From: the human T2T-CHM13v2.0 reference genome, Homo sapiens
Strand: one strand, 5' to 3'
Length of the DNA: 64,000 nt
Assembly: GCF_009914755.1 (NCBI RefSeq)
Contig: NC_060926.1
Each line of letters starts with the position of its first letter. The stretch's first letter is position 1. The notes beneath the pieces are model-generated. The model saw nothing but the letters and a program-made list of their open reading frames with translations, had not been told where the DNA came from and ran no database searches. The translations under genes were made by a program, and so were the position numbers. Below, piece after piece: positions 48,054-61,283 of the stretch.

Positions 48054-48969
48054 GGAATGCCAACTTTGTGATATAAGAAAAATGCATATCAAGAACATAA
48101 CAATGTGTATCAAATGAATATGAATAAATGCACAAGACATGATCACACCTATGTGGAAAGTGAAGGGTAAAAACTGAACAAATGATAGTCAGAGCTTGCA
48201 ATGCTTGATACTAACTGATTTTTATATTCCAGTAATAAATATATAGAACCATATGCTTTATATATGCCACATTTAAAGGAATGCTCTAATAATATTTGGA
48301 TCCAAGACAGAATCAAGTTTGATGTTATATAATGATAGAAATAATTAAAGTTTTATTTAACAAACAAAACAATTCCATATTATATTTATATTTGGAGACT
48401 CATAACAATTGCCCTCATTCTGCAAACGTTTCTAGAGGTGGCAGGCCAGTGGTGCTCACAGCAGTGTCTAGCATGCAGTATCTGTTCTATTGTTCATGAA
48501 AATATTCTCACATAGTCTAGCAGTGGGCGGCAGCAATTGGGTATTGACATTATTTCCCTGAGTCTTATTTAGCAGACTCCTTAATAATTCATTTTTCCAC
48601 TATTAAATATAAATTTCGAGGATATTTAGAGATAATTGGCTTATGATCATTACAATTAAGTAACCTTGAAGACATGTTAGAAATCACAAAAATTAGGATA
48701 TTTTGCAAATGTTATACTTCACCAACAGGAGCTGGGTTATCCTAAAACATCTCTTATAAAGTATGCCTCCCCAGATGTTCCCAGGGGTGACAGGACTAGT
48801 CACTGCCAGTAGATGCAGGATAGATTTCACACTCAGTACAAGTACCTGATATTTGACTAAACTAAAGATGCCAGAACACCCTAGCAGAACCCTCTCCCCA
48901 GTGAGTCACAGAACTGTATAATCTACCTCCACAGAGAACAGGCAGAACCTAGACTTGCTTCTAACCCAT

Positions 48970-49450
48970 ACGGTATGGCAGAGGTTGTGAGATGTCTTTC
49001 CAATCATTGTATTGTATTCTATAAGCCTCTGTCATAGCAGACTGGAAAGAGACACTCTCTGAAACCTTCTGCTGGCCTTGAACAAGCAAACAGCCATGTG
49101 GGCATTGCCTGTGTAAGCATCACATGGCAGGGAATTGTCCACAGCCTCTAGGACCTGAGAGCAGCCTTGAACCAAGAGCCAGTTAGAAATTGAAGCCTTA
49201 AGAAATAGAGGTGTTAAGGAATGAGCTCTGCAACTACCTGAAAGAGCTCTAAAGTATCTGTGTTCTCAGGGGAGTCTCAGGTGAGAATGAAGCCCAGTCT
49301 ACACTGTGGCACAGTCTTGTGAAATCCAGTGGGCAGGACCCAACAAAGCCATGTGCCGACTGCTGACTCAGAAATTAAGAGATGATAAATGGGTGTGGTC
49401 TTAAGCTGATAAATTTGTGGTAATTTGTTACCTGGCCACAACAAACTTAA
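48970..49450 (+). mobile_element. MLT1-type MaLR LTR
   Basis: agcctctaggacctgagagcagcc...ttaagctgataaatttgtggtaatttgttac...aacttaaca. Confidence 0.6.
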
Positions 49451-50834
49451 CACACATTTTAAGAAAAAATAGTAGACCTAAGAGCAGCCATGTCACTGAC
49501 ATTGACTGCAGATGGGCACAGGCTTATTCTCATTGTGACCTTAGGGTTTCCAGGCACTGCGAGAGAGAGGAAAGTTTCGATGTGCAAGCCCTTTCCAAGA
49601 CTCCACTTGTGTCAAATCTGCTATTATCCTATTAGCTAGAGCAAGACACATGGGCAACACCAGAGTCCATTTAGAATGATGCCAACCAAAGGATGAGTAC
49701 AGGGAAGGGATTTATTGCAGCCAATTGTTCAAGTAGTTTATCCACAAATTTTTTGTGATTATTTGCTGAGAAACACCCTGAAAAAAGGGAAACCTCTTTA
49801 AAAGGTTTAAAATTTTTAGGTTGTAGCTTCATTCATTGTAGCGTTCTGCTGAACATCCAAGTATAAATAACTGAGAACTCCTTCAAACTATTATTTCTGT
49901 GATGGTTTATCTTCCCCATACCTTTATCGGTAGTTTTGGTCCTGCAATGTGCTGGCCAAGTTTACTCTGCAGAGCTGACCATTTACAAAATGTGGCTGAC
50001 ACATCATCGCACCTTGAATGTGGACCTTAACTAGTGGTGATCTATGAGAATCTGTTTCTGCAAAAGAATTTACTTGTCACCCCTTTGAGCTTTATCCTAT
50101 CTGAATCCACACACTTCTGTATTGTTCCATGGCTAATCCGTATCTTGTCTCTATTAACTCACTCTTGCCATAAGTGACTAAGATCACCTAACACAGAAAT
50201 AATAAATATATCCAGTTCTGAACATTCAAATTATTTAAAAAAACATGGGGACATTATAGAAAGAAATTGTATAACTATTTTAAGTATAAAGAAAATGAAG
50301 TTTTTGTATTTTGGAACGAAACTGTGTGAAAGCTGTGTATGCAGGTTTCAGCACGAGGGTGGGCCCCTGCCTTTCCTGTGACTGAGCATATTGCCTTTCT
50401 CACACCTGCAGGCATCCAGGGAAGTGACTGGATGGGCTGAGCTGAGATGCACTGTTCAGCCACCCTGGGGAGACCTTGATTATATAAGATGCATTTCAGA
50501 GGATAACAATAACTGCTGACAGCAATAAATGACAGCAGTTCAGCTTAGTCATTACCAACGGTCTGTGTGGAATTTCTCCCAAACAACCCACAATGAATAG
50601 ACTTGAACCCCCGAGTTGATCTGGGAACAAACCTAATAGAGGTTGGAGAACAGGACCCATCTCCCTGACCCATGTAAACTGATACCAAGTGTTGTCCAAC
50701 CTGTACATCGAACCAGCTTCTAGATAAGTTAAAGAAGTCACATCAGACCCTCCAGTCACAACTGAACCAGAGGCTACAGCCAGCCCAATATGGAAGAACC
50801 GCAGAGCTGACCCTCAGAATTATAAGGAGCAATA

Positions 50835-51156
50835 CAGTCAGCCCTCTGTCCATGGGATCTGCATCTATGGATTCAACTAAACCTGGATCAAAAATATTTA
50901 GAAAAAACATCCACAAAATTCCAAAAAGCAAAACTTGACTTTGCCATGTGCTGAGTACCACTTGAATGAATCCACACAAGTTAAGTCATGTATTAGTATT
51001 ATAAGTAGGCTAGAGGTGGTGTGAAGTGTACAGGAGGATATGTGTATGTTATATACAAATATTGCTTATTTTACATAAAGGTTTTGAGTCTCCAAAAATT
51101 GGAATGTCTGCAGGGTGTCCTGGAACCTATTTCCCATGCATACTGAGGGAAGACTG
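50835..51156. mobile_element. MER2-like Tigger DNA transposon
   Basis: Terminal inverted repeats cagtcagccctc / gagggaagactg, flanked by TA on both sides. Confidence 0.8.
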
Positions 51157-51584
51157 TACATGCTCATTTTATGGCATTGTGTTTGGAGCTGGTTTGTTTT
51201 GCAAGAAGAGCTAACTAATACAATCTGTTTTTGTGAACAGGAGGCAATAGAGTTAAGTGATAGGGTAGTCACATTTATTGCATTTTTTTTGTGATTGCAA
51301 AGCCTATTTGCTTGTTTTTTAAGGCAGATAAGAATCCTCATACCTGATTATCATGGACTTTGGATGTCTTTCTTAACTCTCTGGCAAATGCAAAATGCAG
51401 CTGAGAAAACAATTCCTTTCTTCAATTTCCTCTCATTCTTTCTGACTATGAAGAGCAGCACACTGCTATTCATACTTCTCATTACTCAGAATAATCCATG
51501 TTGTACATTCAGTGGGTTGTTTTCAATGTGTATAGGTTATGAGTGTTGATTATGTCTTTGAGAGTTTCTTACTCATTAAATTTT

Positions 51585-52620
51585 CATTCATTCATTCATT
51601 CAGTAAAGTATAAATTGAGCAATTATGCTGGACCAGGAATGTGTGTAGGCTGCATCCCTGAGAAAGTCAGTGTCTGACTCTCATTTACCTATATCTTTTC
51701 TGGTGAAAAAAAAAAGGCCATGTTTAATTAAACATAAATCAACAGGAAGATTCTAGAAAAGGATAAGGATCATAAAGGAAAAAAAAATGGCAAGGGAAGA
51801 GGAAGTGGTTAATAAGGAAATGGAGTCAGTTAGTTGGGGAGGCAGAGGCTGCTTCCTCTGAGGAGGTGACTGGCCTGGATGAGGAGAAGAACTGACCTGA
51901 AGAGAAGTTTCTGAAGGGCATCGAGGTTCATGACAATCAAGGCTCTTAGGAGGAACACAGTATGAACACGGGAAGGACATAGAAAGTCACTATGAGGAGA
52001 GTGACTTAACCAAGTGAAAAAAGAGAAAGTCTGAGAGGGGGCAGGTCAGAGCTGTTTTCTCCCAGTATCTTAAAGATCACCACATATGACGGATGTGAAA
52101 TGAAGGACGCCTTCATTTTCTGTTTGAGGAGCAAATGCTTTCTAAGTACAGCAGGACATTCTGTGAATTTTTTAAAGCAAAGTACTCCCATGGTCATATT
52201 TATTTTTTAGCAGAGTAATGACTCCAGTTGGGCTGTGAGAAGGAGAAGAGATACTCATCTGGGCAAAGTGAACCCTGGCATAAACTAGTCTGGGGGCAGT
52301 GAAGATTATTGGAGACATAAGCAGATGATATCATATTTTTAAATTAATGTCATTTATACTCCTTTATGTGAGAAGAGTCAGATTAGGAGTGGCCTGGCAG
52401 CTTTGGACTTAATCTATTAGATAGATTCTGATTTACTGATGTTAAATGTATTAGCAGCCAAGAAAATCAGGATAAAATAAAAGGAGTTTGTTATTTTTGT
52501 TCAATTCTAGATTGAGATGCTAATAAACATGCAGATTAAGTGGCCAGGTTTGCAAGTGAGTGGAGTTTGAGCTCAGAGGAAAGAAAATACACATAGGTAT
52601 TCAGCAGCGCTTACAGGGTA
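51585..52620 (-). mobile_element. L2 LINE 3' remnant
   Basis: (TTCA)n followed by aagtataaattgagc...ccagg, then a purine-rich L2-like body; boundaries approximate. Confidence 0.5.
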
Positions 52621-52909
52621 ATTTATGTATTAAAGCCACATGTATGCATATGCACCTGCACATATTTATGCGTGTGTATGCACATATATTAACATATGCA
52701 TAGAAGTGTTTTTCAAAAAATAAAAGGCATAAAATCAATAATCACAGCTCCCACCTTATGAAACTACATAAAGAGGAGCAATTTAATTCTGAAGTAGAAC
52801 GTGAGCAAAATATATAATAAATATTAGGGCAGAAACCAATAAAACTGCAAACAGAAAAAGCAACACTAAACACCAAGCAAATCAAAGGCTGATTCTTTGG
52901 AAAGAACAG

Positions 52910-54240
52910 TGTTGTATAAGTTCCATATATTTGAAGAATTCGGGGTTATACTTTCAATATTGATTTCTAGTTTGATCCTTCCGTGGTCAGAGAACACACT
53001 TACTGTGATTTTAATTATTGCAATTGTGTTGAAACGTTATGTGGGCAGAATATGTCCTATCTTGGTATATGTTCTGTGGGCACTTGGAAGAAAGAAATGT
53101 GAACTTCTATTGTTATGGGTTGGAGTGTTCTATAAATGCCAGTTAGATCCCATGGGTTGATGATATTGTTGAGTTCTTCTCTATCCTGGCCGATTTTCTG
53201 TCGAGTTGTCCTATCAAAGATTAAGAAGGGGTTTTGAAATCTCCAAGTGTAATTGTTCTGTTAGTTTCTGCCACATGCACTGTATTGCTCTGTTGCTTGG
53301 TGTCTACGCACTTAGAACTGCTCTGTCTTCTTTCCAAAATGACTTTCTTCATTATGTAATGTAACTTTCTATCCCTGGTAAAATTCTTTGGCTCTATAGT
53401 CTACTTTGTCTGTTAATAGTATTTGCTAATGATTCTTTCTTTTGATTAATGTTTGCATAGTATACCATTTTCCTTCCTATATATTCAATCTACTTATACT
53501 GCTGTATTTGATGTGAGTGTCTTATAGACAATATACAGTTGGAACATTTCTTTTTGATTCACCAACTGTTGTCTTTTTAAAAATTTCATAATTTACGTAT
53601 TTAATATATCAGTAATTATTGATATATTAAGATTTAAGTCTGCACTCTACTTTTTTGCTGTATCTTTTTTTGCTTCTCTGTTTTCTTTTTGCTGCCTTCC
53701 TTTGGGTTACTTGAACATTTTTACAATTTCATTTTAATTTTACCTAATTTTGGGGTATCTCTTTTTATAGTGATTTTTAAATTGGTTGTCATGGTATATT
53801 GCCTTTATATGCACAGCTTCTCATAGTACATTGGTGTCAATATATTACCATTTAAAATAAATATAGACTTTTACCTTCTTTTATATCATTTTTCCTCCCC
53901 CATTGTAAATAGGTGGTTTTTTAAAAGTAATTTCTCTGCAAATATTGGGAACAAAACTGTGTTACAACTTTGATACAAATATCACATATGATTTAGAAAT
54001 GCATTATATTCATCTCTCTTCTCATTTTCATAGCCTTTTGTCCCTAAATTATTTAATATCCCCTCTTGATCTTTAGTTTTACCTTCCTAGGAATCATTTT
54101 GGCTATGCTTAAAGTGGATCTGCTAGCAGCCAATACTCTTAGTTTTTCTACAGCTGAGGACTTCTCAATTTGACCTTCATTTCTAAATAATACTTTTACT
54201 GGAAATAGAATTTTAGGGTAGCAGATCTTTAAATACTAGA
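52910..54240 (-). mobile_element. Old L1M remnant (antisense ORF2 5' region)
   Basis: tgatttctagtttgatccttccgtggtcagagaacacact and gttttgaaatctccaag motifs. Confidence 0.6.
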
Positions 54241-54337
54241 AGATGTGTCATAATTGACACCAGAAGACAAGGTAAAAATATTTCCAAGAACAGAGGACAA
54301 GCATGCACTTGGTGAGGTGAAAGACATCTCTTCCTCA

Positions 54338-55430
54338 TGCATTAGTTTCCAACGCTGCTGTTTAAATCGCCACGGTCTTATTGGCTTCACACAACATAAG
54401 TGTATTACCCTGTAGTTCTGGGGGTCAGAAGTCTCACTGAGCTAATGTTAAGGTGTCAGTAGGGCTGTAATTCTTCTAGAGGCTCCAGAGGAGAGAACTG
54501 GATCCTCTGCTTCTTATCTTCCAGGTGCTCCCACATTTCTGGTTCCATGGCCCCTTCCTTCTTCAAACCACATCCTTCCCCATTGTCCCAGCTCCTCTCT
54601 GACTGCAAGCCTCCTCCTCTATTTTAAGGACCTTGGGGGTTTTATTTATTTAATCTGGATAACCAGGTTGCTTATTCTCAAAGTCCTTAACTTCCATCTG
54701 TCAAGTTCTTTTTTCACTATGTAAGGAAGAATCCTTATGATAAGGCTCCGATGACTGGAGGAACACCAGGGTTCTTGGTCTCACGCCAGTTTGGATAAAA
54801 TGACACAAACATGAGTGGAGTGGTTTTAAGGAGAGAAAAGTTTAATACACAAGTACGAAGGAAGATGAAAATAGCTTCCCCATACAGAGACAGAGGGACA
54901 GGGGATTCGAACAAAGGGAAAACCCCATGTGCTGCGGAAAAGTGGCTCCTTATATAAGGAGGCTGGAGAAGGTGGTGTCTGATTTGCATAGGGCTCAGGG
55001 GATTGGTATGACCAGGCATGTCATTCAGGTAGCCTGCAGAAAAAACTGGCCCTCCCACCCTAGCCTTTTAATATGCAATTGCAGGGCACCATAATGTTCT
55101 ACACACATGGGGATATATAGGGACAGCCATGTTGCCAGGCCTATGTGGGGACAAGGAAGAAGATGGTGGGAATCACCATGTTTGGGTGAACCCAGTTTCT
55201 AATGGCGGGCATTTACATATGAAAGCTTGCCAGCCTGGATCTAAGAGCCAGTGTTTTCCTGCTAGACAAGAAATCTTTCTAGAGCTGCTTTAAACATAAC
55301 AAAACCTTCACAAGCACCCCTTTTCCTCTCTATCTGCCTACAATAATTTCTTAATAACTCCTATAACACTTGGGTTCCAGAGATGAGGACATGGACATCT
55401 CTTGGGGTGGGGACATTATTCATCCCACCA
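54338..55430 (-). mobile_element. MLT1-type LTR interrupted by a full MER61-like LTR (54738-55368)
   Basis: MLT1 motifs resume after the inner TG...CA element, which is flanked by ctta/cttg. Confidence 0.7.
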
Positions 55431-55645
55431 ACAATAAACATATTCCCCAAAATTGTCCTTCTCTAAAGTAAAATTTAAAAAATCACAAAGTATTTTTATG
55501 AATCAAGAGAGGTGGACAAAATCTTAGACTCAGGTTCCTGTAACTTGTGAGTTTTATCTGTTGGAGTGTGCTCACTCCACTGTTGCTAATGTAGATTTAT
55601 TGATGTGTAGATAATTTTAGAGGATTTTTAAATTTTGTGACCCAG

Positions 55646-56501
55646 TGTAAACAAAACAGTATCTGAGAAAGGTCTCAATCAAGTTATAGATTTATTTTGC
55701 CAAAGATAAGGCTTATGGCCTGTGACACAACATTAGGAGGCTCCGCAAACACGTGCCCAAGGTGGTTGGATTACACATTGGTTTTATACGCCTTAGGGAG
55801 ACACAGAAATTCAGGCAAAGACATAAATCAATACATATCAGATATACATAAGTTTGTCTTGGAAAGGTGGGATATCTTGAAGCAGGGGCTTCCAGGTCAT
55901 AGGTGGATTCAAAGCTTTCCTGATGGGCCACTAGTTGAAAGAGTTAAAGTCTGCCTAAGGAGTTGAATTCATCATAAAGAAATGCTTGAGTTTAGATAAT
56001 GGGGTGTGGAAGCCAAGATTCTTGTCACATAGATGAATCCTGTGGGTAGCAGATAAAGTAGATGGTGAATGTTGCTTATCAGACCTTTAAAAAAAGTCAG
56101 ACTCTTTGGAAAAGACATAGTAATGGGAGGAGTTTCTCTGCAGAATGCAAATTTCCCCCCACAACAGGCAGCTTTGCAGGGCCACTGCAGAATATGTCAA
56201 AGAAATAATTTTAGGATAAAATATTTAGATTTTCTTTAGGGGCTATTATCTGTCATGTTGGAGTATGGTATCTTATTGCTATAAAGCATCTGTTTTGTCA
56301 GTCCAAAGATCTCTGTAGTAGTGATAATGCTGGTCAGTTGTGTCTGAACTCCAAAGGGAGAAGAGCATAATGAGGCACATCTAAACCTACCTGCCAGTCA
56401 TGGCCTAACCTAGTTTTTCAGATTTCTTTGAAGTTCTCTCTGCCAAAAGAGGAGTCCATTCACCTGGTTGGTGGCCTACAACTTAATTTTTGGTTTTAAC
56501 A
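55646..56501 (-). mobile_element. MER4-like solo LTR (third paralog)
   Basis: Collinear with 22-866. Confidence 0.6.
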
Positions 56502-57194
56502 CACAGAAAAAAAAAATCATGGCATAAATCCAATCTAAAATAAATTGGTAAAGAAAAATTAAGTGCTTCCTGAATATTCCAAATGTCAAAGAAAATGAAA
56601 TGATAAGAATTCAGATGAGAAATACCCCTCATACAAAAGAATAATGATTTTTTTTTTTAAACTGTCTTAGTTTGGGTCCACCAGCAATGAGGATTCCTGT
56701 TTAGGCAGCAAATTTACACTGGGAGGAAAGGAGGAAAGTGAGGGAGGGAACAGAAGATGAATGGTAAAAGACACATCAACAACCCACCTGACTCAGGATA
56801 ACTGAAGGTCAACCACATGTGAAAACATAGATTAAATTCCTCTGGGCTATTCCACCTGAGAGATGAGGAAGCTGGGGTATGTATACACCTCATCGTGTCC
56901 TCACTGATTGTGAGCTGTCTCTCTTGTTCTCTTTCAAGCTGCTATAACAGATTCCTTGTCACTGTGTAATTCATAAATAACAGAAATGTATTTCCTCACA
57001 CTTCTGGAGAATAGGAAATTTAAGATCAAGGCATAGGCAGGATAAGGTCTGCTTTCTCTGCTTTCAAGATGATGCCTGGAGGGTTGAGTCCTTCAAAGCC
57101 AGGAAGGCCATCTCTTATCATGACAGACAAGCAGAAGAGAGAGAGAGAGAGATCCCAGTCCCATAATCCCTGTTTATATTGGCATTAATGTATT

Positions 57195-57208
57195 CCACTA
57201 GAGGGCAC
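57195..57208 (+). promoter_or_regulatory. Candidate CTCF motif CCACTAGAGGGCAC
   Basis: Identical to 1558-1571. Confidence 0.5.
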
Positions 57209-57492
57209 CACACCCATGACCTAAACACACCCCAATAGGCCCCACCTGGCAATACCGTTACACTGAGAATTAACTTCACAACAGATTGATTCTAGAGGAC
57301 ACAGTCAAACCATAACAGTTTCATAAGAGATACACATTCCAGGCCATTTGGCCAGCAATGCATGAAGGCAGAGCTCTTTGCCCAAGACTGTAAAGGACAT
57401 AAGACATATATATGGTCATTGGAAGTGAGCAGAGGTACAGCAAAGGGGAAAGCCCTACACTACAGATGGGGACTGCTACATTCATCATGGTA

Positions 57493-57833
57493 CAGTTAAC
57501 CCTTGAATAAATTAGGTTTGAAATTTGCAGACCCACCTATATTTTCTTCTATGTGTGTCACCTGTGAGCAAGCTCTTAGTAAGTTGTAAACATATTTTCT
57601 AATTTTTATGGTTTTCTCAATAACATTTTTTCTTTAGCATACTTTATTGGAAGAATAGAGTATATAATATAAATAACTTTTAAAAACTGTTAATCAACTG
57701 TTTATTTTATCACTGGGTCTTCCAGTCAAAAGTAAGCTATTAGTTCTTAGTTAGGAAAGCAAAAGTTCTACACAGGTTTTCAACTGCACCAGTGGTCAGT
57801 GCCCCAACCTCCACGTTGTTCAGGGGTCAACTG
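57493..57833. mobile_element. Tigger2a-like DNA transposon
   Basis: Paralog of 1855-2196 with both terminal inverted repeats. Confidence 0.7.
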
Positions 57834-58449
57834 CTCTTTCAATCTGTAGCTGCATCTCTCTGGAACAGGATTTTGGCATGTGGGTTGCAAGTAAAAGAAT
57901 CCAGAAAATAATATCCCAAAGTATGCTGCATTGGTATGATGATTATATAAAACCAAAGGCATTGAGAAAGCAGCAAATGCACAAAAAGGCTTCTCCTAAA
58001 TATCCCTTATCTGACTAAAAGCAGATTCACCAGAAGGAAACCAATTGTCAAGAAGATTCTTCCTGAGAATTTGTATATCAAGGAAGATTAACACAAAACA
58101 GGAATTAAAAATAGAAGAGACTGGAAGTTGATACTTTATCCAGGCAGGCTGTTACCTGTTCTTTTGAGGATGCACTTCTATTCTCATCTATTTTCTCTAG
58201 GTTGCCTACACTTCCCAATTCTATAGAAAGGAAATATAAACACCTGAATCTCATTGAGTTATCTGGGTAATCACCCTGCTGTGATATTCCACTGCACTTT
58301 AAGTGAATTTTGTTTGCCTTTTCTCTTATTAATCTTTCTTTTGTCAGTTTATTTTCAGCAAACATTTAGAGGATAAATGGAACTTTCTTCCTTTCTCCCA
58401 ATATAAGCAAGTTCCCTTAAAATTCAGATCGCTTGCAAAGCAGCAGGAA

Positions 58450-58930
58450 GGTTTGTGCATGGGCTACAGCACTGTGATTTTGCTCCCCTAGTCAGGCATC
58501 AGTAAAATTTTGTGGAGCCCTAGACTGTAGCCCACTGATGCTGATGTAGTTGGATCCAATTCCCCTGCTACTGAGCCAGGCTGGGACATTTTTGGCACAT
58601 TAGAGATGTGAGATATAACGAGTGAAAATCGTGTCCAGTTTCATCTGGATCCAACTGATTTCTCCATGTACATGGGAAATTGCTTGATAAGAGATTGACT
58701 GTCTCTTTCCTAAAAATGGTAACAAGCAGGCTGGTGTCTGGGTCATGATGATGTCCCCAGTCACTGATAAAATGTAAAAGAGGAAAGTGTCATTGATGGT
58801 GCATGGCAGGGACATGCTCTGTGCAGTGGCCGACCTCACTAAGAGAGATAAACTTTAGGAAAAGATACTCAATGACAGAAAAGAAGGTAGACTATGAAGG
58901 TGCCCAAAACAAGAATACGGTGCAGCGCAT
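58450..58930 (-). pseudogene. Inverted V-kappa relic with RSS (heptamer 58470-58476, 11-bp spacer, nonamer 58450-58458)
   Basis: Minus strand from 58755 reads DIIMTQTPACLLPFLGKRQSISYQAISHVHGEISWIQMK...*CAKNVPAWLSSRGIGSNYISISGLQS, then CACAGTG-ctgtagcccat-GCACAAACC. Confidence 0.8.
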
Positions 58931-59501
58931 TTAGTCTCTGGTATTAAAAAGACCTGTAGCTCTTGATAATGGTGGATGTGTGAGTGCTGCATGCATTGAG
59001 GAAACACGGTATCATCTCTGTGTATCTGTAGTAAATTGCTTGATCTTATAGTGGTAAGAACAATGGCATAATACCATTACCTAATACTTACAAATATATA
59101 TAGCATCATGTCAATAAATTTTATTTTTAATTTTTTTTTAGAAAGAAACAATGTTAAACTCACAGTAATGTTGCAAATGTAGCACAAAGTACCCCCTTGC
59201 CTAACCGGAATCATGTGAGAGTCCTTTGAAGACCTGAGAATAGTACCGTTTAACATTTTACTATGTATTTCCTACAAACAAGAATATTCTCCTAAATAAT
59301 CCCCATACACCAATGAAACACATTACTCCTTCGACTCCTGAGGAATATTTCAAATTGTCAAAAAATACCTAAAAAATACTTCTCATAACAAAATAGTCCA
59401 AAGTAGAACACATCACTGCAGACAAATTTGTGCTACCCTGGTCTTTTCTGGGACACCTGGGGACACTGAGCTGGTGCTGAGTTACTGAGATGAACCAGCC
59501 C

Positions 59502-59583
59502 TGCAGCTGTGCCCAGCCTGCCTTGCCCCCTGCTAATTTGCATGTTCCCAGAGCACATCCTCCTACCCTGAAGACTTATTAAT
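59502..59583 (+). promoter_or_regulatory. V-kappa promoter of IGKV1D-43
   Basis: Pentadecamer at 59502, ATTTGCAT 59536-59543, TTATTAAT 59576-59583. Confidence 0.88.
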
Positions 59584-59630
59584 GCGCTGGTCACACTTCA
59601 TGCAGGAGTCAGACCCAGTCAGGACACAGC

Positions 59631-60108
59631 ATGGACATGAGGGTGCCCGCTCAGCGCCTGGGGCTCCTGCTGCTCTGGTTCCCAGGTAAGGAAGGAGAAC
59701 CCTAGCAGTTTACTCAGCCCAGTGTGTTCCGTACAGCCTGGCTCTTGAGGGAAGTTCTCTTACAACATGATTAATTGTATGGACATTTGTGTTTATATTT
59801 CCAATCTCAGGTGCCAGATGTGCCATCCGGATGACCCAGTCTCCATTCTCCCTGTCTGCATCTGTAGGAGACAGAGTCACCATCACTTGCTGGGCCAGTC
59901 AGGGCATTAGCAGTTATTTAGCCTGGTATCAGCAAAAACCAGCAAAAGCCCCTAAGCTCTTCATCTATTATGCATCCAGTTTGCAAAGTGGGGTCCCATC
60001 AAGGTTCAGCGGCAGTGGATCTGGGACGGATTACACTCTCACCATCAGCAGCCTGCAGCCTGAAGATTTTGCAACTTATTACTGTCAACAGTATTATAGT
60101 ACCCCTCC
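59631..60108 (+). CDS. IGKV1D-43: Immunoglobulin kappa variable 1D-43 (intact)
   Basis: Leader exon 59631-59685 ([18 protein letters not shown]), intron 59686-59810, V exon 59811-60108: [14 protein letters not shown]...[13 protein letters not shown]...[14 protein letters not shown]...CQQYYSTP. Confidence 0.95.
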
Positions 60109-60136
60109 CACAGTGTTACACACCCAAACAAAAACC
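60109..60136 (+). other. 12-RSS of IGKV1D-43 (consensus)
   Basis: CACAGTG + ttacacacccaa + ACAAAAACC. Confidence 0.97.
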
Positions 60137-60800
60137 CCCAGGGAAAGAGATGTGTGAGGCTGGGCTGCCCCAGCTGCTCCTCCTGATGTCTCCATCGGCT
60201 AAGAGTGTTCCTCAGATGCAGCCACACTCTGATGGTGTTGGTAGAGGGGGATGTGAAGTCACCTCTGCATCCCAATTTCTTTTTCTTTCTTAGCACCAGG
60301 TGCACAGACATAACAGTTCCTCTCCTGATTTAAAAAAGGCAGGGATCATGACACCTGAGGAGTCTAGTTTATGGCTTCACTTGGAATTCAAGTAACAGAG
60401 AAGAAGCCACTATAGATATTCTAAGCAGGAATTGTCTTGATACAGAGAAATAGAGTATAAACCATGGAAGTCTAAATAAAAATATAGAGATGAATCTCAA
60501 ATTTCATGTTTTATTTGCTAAGAAATATTTGCTAAATGGGGCATACAGAAAAACTCAATGGTCTTCAATATGTTGAAAGAACAAAGAGAAGCTTAGAGTT
60601 TCATGAAAAAAGGAAAATGTTACCTATTGCTCTTTGAGAAAGTTTATTGGCTCCAGAAAGTTTTGGGAGCTGGCAAGCTCAGAATGGTAAGCACTGATGG
60701 ACAAACTGAATCCTAGAATTATGTTAAATTATTCAGAAGTTGGAGGTGAATTTGATTTCAGGTTACAAGAGGCCAAAGCAGTGAAGCTTGCAGAGAATCT

Positions 60801-61283
60801 TGTTACTGAAGTGCGAGGGATTTGGTGTAGATCCTGCTGCTCACCACATATAAAACCAATCAGTAAGACAACAAGTATTGCCAAGAAACAGGCTTTAATC
60901 AGGTGCTGCAGCTGAGGAAATGGGACCCCATTCTCAAATGTATCTCCCTGACAAACTAAAATTAGGGGGTTATATAGCAGGGAAGAAATGTGGGCAAACA
61001 GGAATTAGAGAGGGGTAATGAAGTTAATTTTGTCAACAGGGAGCAGAAGGTCAGTGAGGCAATCACAGTGTGTGAAGGGTCTGACGTCTCACTGTCCTGA
61101 TTCAGTGATATGTAAGTTTCAGCTCTCTGATAGTATCTGGAGGCCTCTTGGTGGCTTTCCTGAAAAAAGAACTCAGATAAGACAAATGTAACTATCTTGA
61201 GTTTTAAGACTGGGGAAGTCAATTTCTATGTTTATTCAAAAAACCATAAACATTACTTCCATGGGATAATAGGGCCTATTTCA
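60801..61283 (-). mobile_element. ERV1-class solo LTR (third paralog of 4823-5302)
   Basis: Collinear with 4823-5302; TG...CA termini. Confidence 0.55.
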
